DNA of 63,442 nucleotides, the filler included, from Choristocarpus tenellus KU-1152 (lineage: Eukaryota > Protista > Phaeophyceae), in NCBI GenBank assembly GCA_964200185.2. It is 12 parts of 12 records of this genome, joined end to end, with 100 filler letters (N's around TTAATTAATTAA, not from the genome) between each part and the next. Parts side by side here need not be neighbours in the genome. Positions count along the whole stretch, not along the records: positions 50,579 to 55,693 come from CAXNAD020011821.1; positions 55,794 to 63,442 come from CAXNAD020005816.1; 10 more parts are not named here. One strand, written 5' to 3'. Within the stretch, counting starts at the first letter, position 1. The number at the start of each line of letters is the position of its first letter. Shown here piece after piece: positions 53,701 to 63,442 of the stretch. The position numbers were made by a program, and so were the translations under genes. A model generated the notes under the pieces. The model saw only the letters and a list, made by a program, of their open reading frames with translations. It did no database searches and had not been told where the DNA came from.

Positions 53701-55187
53701 GAAGCAAAATTGAGTGCGGTCCTCTCCTACCTTGCTGCAGAGTACTTTAAGAGGACTCGATAGGTGAAATTGTAAGGGTGCATTTGCAGAACAGAACTTG
53801 TGAAACCCATTGGGTGCAGATGAAACTCTAATTGAGTTGGGGACATCGAATGGGGGTGCTCTTTTGACATGAAAAGTTGGAGCTTGAAATAGGTTCTGGG
53901 GGCATAACAAGGAGGTTTGTAGTGCCAGTAGCGTGGTGGCCTCTGCTTCTTATGTAGCAGCTCTTTAACTTTTCCTTGTTCTGGATTTATGTAGGTTTGT
54001 GCTTTGCAGGATGACAGGGCACAAGGCTGTGAGGTTCCATAAACCAGCAGTAGCCAACAAGATTACAGGGCAGGTTCAAACTAATGTGGAAACTGAATAG
54101 CAGTCAACGAATGAAAAGAGGCTAAAAATTTAGGGGTAGGAGCAAATGGTGAGGGCGAAGGGATTAATCGAGGTGGTGATGGAAGCAAAGATGTTCAGCT
54201 ATTCCTCCACTAACGTCACTGTTTGCTCCTCTTCCCATTTTCGTTTTGGCTCAAGGAAATATTACCATAGATCTATCATTAGTATGATCATGATACGGCC
54301 GTGATAGGTGTACTGCTGAGTGCCAATGGACTGGCAAGACAGATCGCCGAGAACTTTTAGAATCCATCAGAGGGGTATGAAACCTCTTTGCTCACAGTGG
54401 TGCAATGAATTAAGAGAGTGCACAGTATTGTAAGCTCAACTTAAACCCATATACATCCAATAGGGAATTGAACCCGCAAAAGCCTCAAACCCTTCTGACA
54501 GACTGTTGAAGTTCTCAGTTTTTACTTGGAAAATGCCATCCAAGCTTTTCTTCCAGTACTCAGAGTTTAGTCTTGTTTCTACGATTTATTCCTGGCCTGC
54601 TGTGCTGTGCTGATGATGTGTCAATAATTCTAATAATTTATTGCTTCTGTATGTACCTTTCCTCTTTTGATTGGACAGCGCCTTTTCTCTGGAACTAGAA
54701 ATGGTGATTCAAGTTTTTTTGTATGCACTGAGAGATGTTTTGCTTGTGCATTGATTGGCCCAGATTAAAGTTTTCCCTTTTCCTTCAACAAGTCGCTGAA
54801 CATGGCTAGCCTTCCTTCAATTGTCCAAAGTGCGGTCATCCGTACATATCATGTGTAACCTCAACTACGCCCCCCTCCCCATACCTCTTTTTCCCCCATT
54901 TTTCCTTTTGTGAATAGCATGGGTCGGTTTCCTCAGTGGACCTTGATACACACGCCAATTCTCAGACCTTTCTGGAAGCAAAACAACACAGCAGTAGGGC
55001 AGGGGATGATCCCAAGCAGTCATTGCCCCCTTCGATTCAGGCACTGGCACACATGGAAGCAGATGGGCGTGTAGGAGCAGTTGAGGCAGCAGTTCATGCC
55101 CTTGTGATGACCCACAACCTTGAACACCGTGGGCGTCGCCTGAGTGTGACTTTCCTCAGTGGTGAGAGGCACACAGATGAGAAATAG
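50735..55187 (+). CDS. PTB/hnRNP-L-like RRM protein, 3' exons
   Basis: In-frame exons 50735-51590 (ILMVLHVDVHGITPEVLCQLFGLYGDVLK), 51794-51880 (VKLVYPRGMALVQM), 52413-52513 (...DFNSAKALHR), 52821-52950 (APPCPTLVIDNL) and a last exon ending 55187 (AVHALVMTHNLE...LSVTF). Matches the RRM3-RRM4 layout of the PTB family. Confidence 0.82.
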
Positions 55188-55793
55188 TGTGTTGTGATGA
55201 GAGCCTGTGAGCTTGAACATTAGTTAGGAAGAGGCAGCAACTCAGAGTTTACTTGAATGTTATCAGGCATGAACACAACATAATTTGGTTGCATTCGTAT
55301 GGTGGGAGACAATGCCAAAAATGGTACTGTGGTTATGATGCGCTCCTTCCTCTGAAGCTTATCAAGAGTGTTTCATTTCTTAATGGATATGTGTTGATGA
55401 CAATAAGCTTTTTTGCTCACCTGGTTGTCTGTTCTATGCCTGTCTAATCAACATAAGCTTTAGGTAGATATTCACTATACACCTTCACTTCTCACTGTGG
55501 CACTCTCTCAACCCATACTTATTCAAAATTGAGCCAAGGACCATCTTTGGATCATTTTTCTAGGGTAGCTGTGTGCAGTATCGTTTTTTGTAGAAAATGC
55601 TCTAGCTTAGGCAGGTACTTCTTTAAAGGAGATAGGAGATAAGGGGGGGTTGGGGGGTGCAGTATGAATTTGGGTATATCGTGCTTGAACAAGNNNNNNN
55701 NNNNNNNNNNNNNNNNNNNNNNNNNNNNNNNNNNNNNTTAATTAATTAANNNNNNNNNNNNNNNNNNNNNNNNNNNNNNNNNNNNNNNNNNNN

Positions 55794-55944
55794 GGCGGCT
55801 GTCCATTTGGGGACGATTTTTTCATGTCGCGATATTTGGGCGATTTGGTTCCATACATTGGATGGATAATGAAAGTGCACTTTTCCTGGTTTTGGTCCAA
55901 ATGGACACTCTGATGTAGACCTCCCCCCCCAGATACTTTGGGTC
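55794..55944 (-). mobile_element. MITE family 2 copy at contig start
   Basis: Matches 38841-39021; ends CCAGATACTTTGGGTC. Confidence 0.85.
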
Positions 55945-56042
55945 TACACATGTACCAACACCTTATCAACCAACATAGAATGGTGTGTGTGTGTACATGT
56001 GCATGTGTATGTGTATGTATGTATATGTGTATTGTGTCTCAC

Positions 56043-59000
56043 CACTGGGACAAGCGTGTGGAAGAATCCCGGCTTGGCACCAAGTATCTGCTGACCATAG
56101 CGGACAGCACGACGTAGTACACGACGTAGAACATATCCCCTCCCCTCATTAGATGGTCTAGCCCCATCCGTGATGGCAAAGGTCAGTGTACGAATGTGGT
56201 CAGCCACCACCCGATACGCCATGTCGAAGTTATCGTTATCCTCTTCACCCACCTTATTGATTGGTTAAGGCCGGGAATAGGGCGTCATGGGAGGGACGGG
56301 AGGGGGGGAAGGGGTTTCACTTCTTCAACTCATGTGAAAAGAGTGTCACAACTATCGAGGGGACTGCACAGGAAGGTGAACGCTATTGATGATAGTGTCA
56401 GTGTCAGTGTCTAGAGATTTAGTGAACGCTATTGATAGTGTCTAGAGATTTAGTGAACGCTATTGCTTGCTATATTTTGCAGTCGGCATTTGGAGGGCAG
56501 TATGTTCAATATATTCAATATGTTCAATATGTACAATATGTTTCAGGGTACAAAACAAGAGGATGACTCTGTCGAAGTAGTATAACTGCCACTGTTGAAT
56601 GATCCTTTTCATGAATGATACATGCATTTCAATATTTCTTTAAAAAAGAACCTCGGTAATGCCCAGATAATGACAGGAAAGTTTGTATGGCTCTGGATTC
56701 TAACCACTTCAAGGTACAAAAATGATTACTTTCATTTGCCACTATGGTTTATGTTTATGATTACTCTACCATACTTACTTCGACTAGCATGAATATATCA
56801 CACTGAATGTCCTTGCACAGCTCTAAAACAAACGTGATTTATTCAACTTTTCTACATCACTGCCTTGAATTGGTGATAGTTGTTGCAACGATTGGTCAGT
56901 ACTTGAATTCAACAAGTCACAATAGTGCACACCCAGTGGTCCAAGCAAACATAAAAAATAATCATAACAATAACAATAAAAAAAAATAATCAATGCACGC
57001 ACATATTTGCTGCAAACCCCTTAGCACTTACCACACACACTTGACTGCTATCAACATTCTATCAACATTCTATCAACATTCAAGAGGCCTGCCTACCTTG
57101 CCAGTATAGCTCCTGGCTCCGGTGACCTTCTGGATGGCCTTGAATATGGGTACAAACAGGTCTGTGTCATAGTTGGACATCTTGCCCTGAGACAAAAAAA
57201 ACAGTGTTTACAGATTTAAACAAGGGGTGTACAGTGTAGTCCTGAGTCAGATATTATCATATCTGCGACACTCACCAGGGGCATCTCAAAAATTTTACAA
57301 TGGAGTCAAAATATCTTAGAGGGTAGAGCCACGTCCATCTGGGGGCCAAAATCCAATGCTGCGATTTTGTTGTAATTTTGGATATCGTGTTTGTTAGGAA
57401 GTGTCAATATCCTTGTTCCGGACACACCTTTTCATAACGTACATACATTATACCTTCTCAAAAATGTTTCATTTCCGAGTAGGAACATATCATAAAAAAA
57501 AAAGGTGGGAAGTCAAGCCCCAAATGGACAAACAGGGAAAAACTCGTGCCCTCTAAGATACTTTCACTCATGCAGCCCAAAGTCAGTTCTTCAATGTATT
57601 GTTAGTATTGTTAGTATTGTTACAGTTGATTCATTAACTTTTCTTTGAACCACTTGTGACATGCTCACACCACCATACTAAGAACAAACTTGGTTGATAC
57701 TGCTGGAAGGAAGATTCTGGAGCATTAAATTTCTGTTCTGCAACACATCATATAGCATCCCCAGACAAGTCACATTTTCATTAAATGAACAGGATCAAAT
57801 TTAACATCACTAACCACCATCTGAGTAGTCACACAAGTAATGCACATCACTCAAGAAATGCACAATGCAGGAGACCAATCAATATAATACATGCCCAAGA
57901 TAAAAAAATACACGTCCAAGATAAAAAAATACACGTCCAAGATAAAAAAATGCATTAATAAACACATGTCCAAGATAAATAAATATATGTATTAATAAAT
58001 ACATGTCCAAGACCAACAAATTAATTAATTAATAAACACATGTCCAAGATAAATAAATATATGCATTAATAAATACATGTCCAAGACCAACAAATTAATT
58101 AATTAATAAACACATGTCCAAGATCAAAAAATATATGTATTAATAAATACATGTCCAAGACCAACAAATTAATTAATTAATAAACACAAGTCCAAGATCA
58201 ATAAATACATGTATTAATAAATACATGTCCAAGACCAACAAATATATAAACTAATAAATACATGCCCAAGCCTCAGCAGTCCATGCCCTTTTCACACACA
58301 CTCAAAGACATCCCAAACATACTCCATCCTGTCACCACAAGATTCTTGCACTTGCCCTGGCCTCCCAAACTCAAAGTCTTGAATAGTGTTCCTGACTGGT
58401 TTAAGAACCTCCCCAACTTCTTGAATAAAATCTGGAGATACTTCTTTGACGTCTTCAAACAACTGTTCCCCTATGCTGAAATCTAAAACCATTCTTCAAC
58501 ATCGTCGTAAGAGTCCGTTCTCAAGATGCAGCAGGACACTCAAGATGTAGCAGGACACTCAAGATGTAGCAGGACACTCAAGATGTAGTAGGACACTCAA
58601 GATGTAGTAGGACACTCAAGATGCAGCAGGACAGTCCAGACTGTTAATTAGACTACGCCACTAACTAGCACCCCTGTAGACCGACTCACTGACTGACTGA
58701 GTGCCCATTCAGTAGAAACAAATCCCCAGCTTCCTTAGCCTCCAATACTACCATTGATATCAAAAGCACTCGTTTACCCTCTTGCTCACCAAGTCTCTTG
58801 GTAGGGAGTAATATATACATTGCCTCTGGAGTCACACCAAATGCCAACCTTCTTGTCCCCTACACACTGGGCATTACATTCTCACCCTCAATCTCCTTGT
58901 GTACCATAATACATACCGTAATTATCAGTACCGTAAAATAATGTACCATAATATGTACCGTGATTATCAGTACCGTAATTATCAGTATCAAGTAGGAGCG

Positions 59001-62000
59001 CGCTTGATCCCTGTTGCTCGACTCCTCCCATGGTTGTTGTCCACCTCGAGTGCATGTTGAATTATCAGGAACCAAACAGAACCAACACGTAGGCACCATA
59101 CCCCATGGGTACTCTTCAACCAGGTTGTTGTGGCCAAGTATGAATAACGATCCTGCCAATGATGGTTCCTCTTCAAGCAATAAGCACATTGATTGGGTTC
59201 AGGGAAGCTTCACATCGTCGCCAGCAGTACCATCCACGCATTGCCATCAACCTCTCTTTCCTGTCTTGACCAAAGTGTAGGTTTGTGGTCGAGAAGATGG
59301 TTGTCTCTTTGACATCCTCTTTGACATCCTTTGACATCCTCAATGGTGGTATCTGAACACGTAATTGACTGGGCAAAAACATGCAGCATGGGGTCTTTGA
59401 TGTCAAGTAAAGATTGACGACCACTTCATCATGTGCAATTTCCACACACCCAGTTCTTTGAATTCACCAAATAACACAAATAAAACAAATAAACCCTCCA
59501 GTAAGACTTCCTACCTAGTCAGTGCTGTCATGGGAGGTTGAACATGGCAGCTCCATAAATGGTGCTGACAGAGTAATCAATTCTACAGGGACTTCATCCT
59601 CCACACGCCCACCACAGACTCTCCCCAGTTCCATACCCCCCCCACAGTCCAGGTTACTACTGTCCTTGTACCAAGCCAACACAATCACACCTGACCTCTT
59701 AATTCGCTTCATTCTTCAGACCAGAAACCACACCGCTTCATTCTTCTGGTCTGAAGAATGTCATGTACATGACATACCCTGCACACTTTGCTGGCTCAGA
59801 TGATGTGGGTGTCTATGGAATCTTGAGCCCTTTTCCTAAAGTATCATGTGGTGTATGTGTCCTTTCCCCCAAATTGAAACCACCACCAATAGTCACGAGG
59901 TTGACCAAGTCCCCATGTACCGATGATCTGCACCTTTCCACACAGACAGCTTCTTGACATCATTCTACATATTCCTGGTGCTCAAATACTTCACAGAATT
60001 TACTCCATAGCCTCGTGTTAGTGAAGGTGGTAAGGACTCAACCAGGATAGTCAGGAGCAAAAAGTAAAGGGTAGTCTCACATGGTCCCCTTCAAAAACGA
60101 GGTGGGCGGTAAAGAGTAGAGAGAGTGAACTCATCTCATAGCTACTCTCATCCTGTGTCCTTTGTTGATACTCATCTACCAAAGGATTCTTTTATCAAAA
60201 CCATTAAAAAACATCACTATTAATACTGCAAACGTGTGCCAATCTGTTTGTTAATGATTATTACCATATTTCCTCACTCCTAGTCTGGTACTTCTCCACT
60301 ACCTCCAGCCTACCTAGCCCCTTCACCTGAGGTCAGGTGGCAGCGCACATTGTAATATTTCCTCTACCCTACAAACTACCTGTTGTTGCTCTAAACTAAT
60401 TCAACTATCCCATAACTATCTCATAACTATCCCACAACCCTCTCATAACTATCCCATAACTATCCCATGCATGCGTTGATTTTTCCTCGTGCATTTGGTT
60501 CATCCGTCTCACTGCCATTTGTTGATCCCCCTCCTCCCTAAAATCTGGTTCCTACTCCATCCATCCGCAACAAATCTTCGCCACCATCCACATCTTTCCA
60601 TGCATACCTCTTTGAGGTTTTGCACAGGATGAAATAAGATACAGGTGTACCTTGCCAATGCACTCGCTACGTGGTCCTTTGAAATCAAATTTCTAGCAAA
60701 GAAAAGATGACCCCTACTAACCAGGGTTCAAACCTGGGAACTCTTGTGATGGAGTGTGGACCAACAACCACCTCAGCTACATGGACATGCTCAATATTCT
60801 AACGAAAACCCCTATCAATGATCAACGAACTGTGCAGAAGACGTTCTGAACATACAGACAGGGTTAGGGCTGTCCCTGCAGCTGGTGCTGGTGCTTCTGC
60901 TACCCATCCTCCCGAAGTGTCAGCATTCAGTGCAAATGCTGAGAGGTCCGTGAAGCAGAACCAAAGCCATGAAATGGTCATGTCAGGACCCATCCATAGC
61001 CCAGATTCAGCCTGACCTTTCATGATACAAGCCTTCTGTGTCCTGTTCATTCTTGAAAAAAACATACATATATACAAACATACAAACATATATACAAACA
61101 TACATACATACATACAAACATACATACGCACATACATACAAACCCTTTCACCCAAAGGAAGAGATGCTGGGCATCAGCATTACTTGCACAACATCTACCA
61201 GATCTCCTGCGAGTACTTGTTCCCACTACCATCTCATCCAACTCATCCTCAGGAAAACTCAAGTTGAAGCCACATATGGGTTCCATCGATAGTTTAGACA
61301 TTGATCTGTTCACTCCCACAACAACACTGGATCACACTTCTTGATGTTCCATAGTTGTGTTCAACACCCCTAAATGCTCAGACTCGATGGATGGGCTCTC
61401 CTCTGAGGTCCCTCTGACAAGAACAAATCCACCAGATTCAGTGTCCTCCGCATTACACCATCTCCCAATGCCTGACACAGTTACCCCAACATCAGATCTC
61501 CTTGTCCTTCCTCTCCTCTCAACACACCCATACTTGTCAGAGTCCTCACCTTCCTCATCATCCCAACATCTGTTACAAAGTCTTCCAGGAGATAGACCAC
61601 TCAGCTCCACTCCCTCCTCTGAATCAATACAAAGAACACTGACATTGAATTTGAGTCATAAATCTACCAGCAATCTCCTTTCATACGACCAAACAACCTA
61701 CACTGAACACCAACACCCATTTCCGGTGCTTCAAACAGATAAATTGAAAATCATTTTCTAATATAGAATTTTTTAACCAACTTCAAATATAGGTTTTTAT
61801 TATTCTGCAGTATTTGTATTGGGCGTCTACCCAACTACTCTTCCAACCCAGGTCTCCCTTTCAAGGCCTTCATGACCTCACAAGAGGCGAGAATTTCACC
61901 AACCCCAACATAGATTAGATTGCATATCTTAGACATCTCCACCTTTGTTGCTTCCAAAGCAGGGACAACAAATAGTGACAACAAATAGTGACAACAAATA

Positions 62001-63187
62001 GTGACAACAAATAGTGACAACAAATAGTGACAACAAACAGTGACAACAAACAGTGACAACAAACAGTGACAACAAACAGTGACAACAAACAGTGACAACA
62101 AACAAGTTCCCAGGAATGGATTTCAATGTAGTTACGTTCTTTCATATCACAACACCTCTGACCTGGATCACACAAATTTACACCAATTTCTTACTTCAAA
62201 CCACCCACACAAAATATAAGCAACGCCTATGTCTCTCTAAGCAATATTACTTTTGTAAAAACAAGTATACCATAGGGTGACATGCTTTCACCTCAGATAC
62301 CTGACAAAGCTGTTCTTGTGTTCAGACCATAATTGCCTTTCAATCGCTCCAATCCACAACCACTTACAAGTACTAAACAATCAATTACAAGTACTAAACA
62401 ACCACTTACAAGTACTAAACAATCAATTACAAGCACTAAACAATCAATCTTTCAGGTTCTCAACACAAAAAAAATCAAATTACAACCCAGAGCATAAAAG
62501 TCTCCTCGAGACTTGGAGATGTAGGATGTCCAAAATACAAACTTGGTTGGAAGTACAGTAAGGCAATCAAAGAAACCATGTAGAAGCAAATGTCATGGAC
62601 TAACCTTGTACCATGATTACTTTTGATTTACTGCATCTTATCATCACGGTACCTATCAGAATAGGTCAATATTCCAGTAGGTCATTGCCCTAACCATACA
62701 CATTTCCAACACTGACCTCCTGCACACATCTAGGACCAAGCACACATCAATTACGGTCTGAATGATGCTCAATAAATCAAACTTTCAGATTAACACATAT
62801 TGTAATCTAAACTTACACTTCATCTCTACACAAACCTTGTGCCCAAGGGTAATATCATGTTTTGCCTCCTTTACCTTAACCCTAAATCTATCACCATATG
62901 CATTGTGTGTACCCATAAAAAAACCCTTAAAACAAACACTTCTCAACAAAAAAAAAATCACACATATAACCGCATTCTGAAACTAAAAACTGGATCATTT
63001 TTGTAACTAAAGTCTGTTAAACTAGTCTCTATTCATAATATTAAAGTCCCTGTAACATCCAGTGCCAAACCTGCAGTATGGATGTGAGCCGCTCAAAGCC
63101 CATGCCCGTGTCCACATGCTTGGCAGGTAGCTCACGAAGTGACCCATCATCTTCCCTGTTGTACTGAATGAAAACATTGTTCCAGAT
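56043..63187 (-). CDS. AARS: Alanyl-tRNA synthetase, three internal exons
   Basis: Phase-0 exons 63187-63071 ([11 protein letters not shown]...[20 protein letters not shown]), 57186-57097 ([11 protein letters not shown]) and 56252-56043 ([42 protein letters not shown]). These are canonical AlaRS motifs. Confidence 0.96.
57303..57569 (+). mobile_element. MITE family 1, full length, in AlaRS intron
   Basis: GAGTCAAAATATCTTAGAGGGTA ... CCCTCTAAGATACTTTCACTC; ATG/ATG flanks. Confidence 0.9.
57886..58270. repeat. AT-rich minisatellite with core ACATGTCCAAGA; alternating 37-bp A/B units
   Basis: A = TTAATAAACACATGTCCAAGATAAATAAATATATGTA and B = TTAATAAATACATGTCCAAGACCAACAAATTAATTAA, preceded by shorter units of about 20 bp. 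Confidence 0.9.
58520..58633. repeat. 19-bp tandem repeat x6
   Basis: CTCAAGATG(C/T)AG(C/T)AGGACA. Confidence 0.93.
60698..60786 (-). mobile_element. tRNA-derived SINE-like relic or tRNA pseudogene
   Basis: Minus strand has A-box-like TAGCTGAGGTGG, T-arm CCAGG-TTTGAAC-CCTGG (B-box GGTT[T]GAACC) and a T-rich tail TCTTTTCTTT. No full cloverleaf or anticodon arm. Confidence 0.55.
61062..61142. repeat. (TACA)n-like microsatellite
   Basis: Direct reading. Confidence 0.85.
61964..62104. repeat. 13-bp tandem repeat, about 10.5 units
   Basis: GACAACAAA(T/C)AGT; a T-variant block is followed by a C-variant block. Confidence 0.93.
62355..62447. repeat. 21-bp tandem repeat x4
   Basis: ACAA(C/T)CA(C/A)TTACAAGTACTAA, alternating variants. 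Confidence 0.9.
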
Positions 63188-63442
63188 CTGAAGAGGCAAA
63201 TACAATAGTTTATCACAGATATATATATTTTTTTTAAAGAATTGATAAAAACAATCTTTTCAAGACGTTTAGGAGGAGGAGGGGGGGAGTCAAGTCACAG
63301 AGTCAAGTCACAGATGACAAAATGTTCATTTGGTTAAGCAAGGGTGGGAAGCCATTAGATCGACAGGGCAGGGGGGGGAGGGGGGGGAGTCAAAGTATAC
63401 CATGGGCACAGTTGGAAGCAAGTGTACTAAAGGAATGTGGAG

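Noticed and set aside
53250-54560. Possible decayed retroelement in the PTB-like intron
   Set aside because: Protein-like fragments on the minus strand but no diagnostic motif I can support.
58021-58181. TTAATTAATTAA strings as additional assembly linkers
   Set aside because: No flanking Ns; they are part of the B unit of the minisatellite.
58520-58633. 19-bp, 13-bp and 21-bp arrays as CRISPR or coding repeats
   Set aside because: Head-to-tail minisatellites without spacers. ORFs such as 61835-62175 and 62277-62561 are by-products of the repeats.
60698-60786. Functional tRNA gene
   Set aside because: Acceptor stem and anticodon arm do not pair, and the B-box is mutated; kept only as a SINE-like relic.
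2439-63187. Functional clustering of spindle/microtubule genes (ASPM, CCP1, IQ protein, possible SMC4)
   Set aside because: The genes lie on separate, artificially joined contigs.

Overview
This window is not one locus. It is 12 short eukaryotic contigs joined by 11 artificial 100-nt spacers (N44-TTAATTAATTAA-N44), so neighbourhood arguments are valid only within a contig. Short GT-AG exons, long repeat-filled introns, TTAGGG-type motifs and the gene set suggest a stramenopile, probably a brown alga (inference). Host gene fragments recognised by manual splicing: trifunctional-enzyme beta-type 3-ketoacyl-CoA thiolase, ASPM/abnormal-spindle-like protein, CCP1/AGTPBP1-like cytosolic carboxypeptidase, PTB/hnRNP-L-like RRM protein, alanyl-tRNA synthetase, an IQ-motif protein, a conserved hypothetical protein head-to-head with a membrane-protein gene, and two orphan exons. 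Mobile DNA comprises two decayed Ty1/Copia elements, two diverged copies of an intron-rich Sola1-like (DUF7869-type) DDD transposase gene, a possible Sola2-like element carrying structured tandem arrays, two related MITE families (about 15 copies or fragments), a tRNA-derived SINE-like relic and several minisatellites. The most notable observations are: (i) the spliced transposase can be largely rebuilt from its two complementary dead copies; (ii) short (CCCTAA)2 telomere-like patches sit at CCCT seeds inside repeats; (iii) an 89-bp x3 hairpin array shows compensatory changes; (iv) MITEs sharing one TIR core have 3- or 4-bp TSDs; (v) repeats show CpG-to-TpG/CpA decay. All family names come from recalled motifs; no database searches were run.
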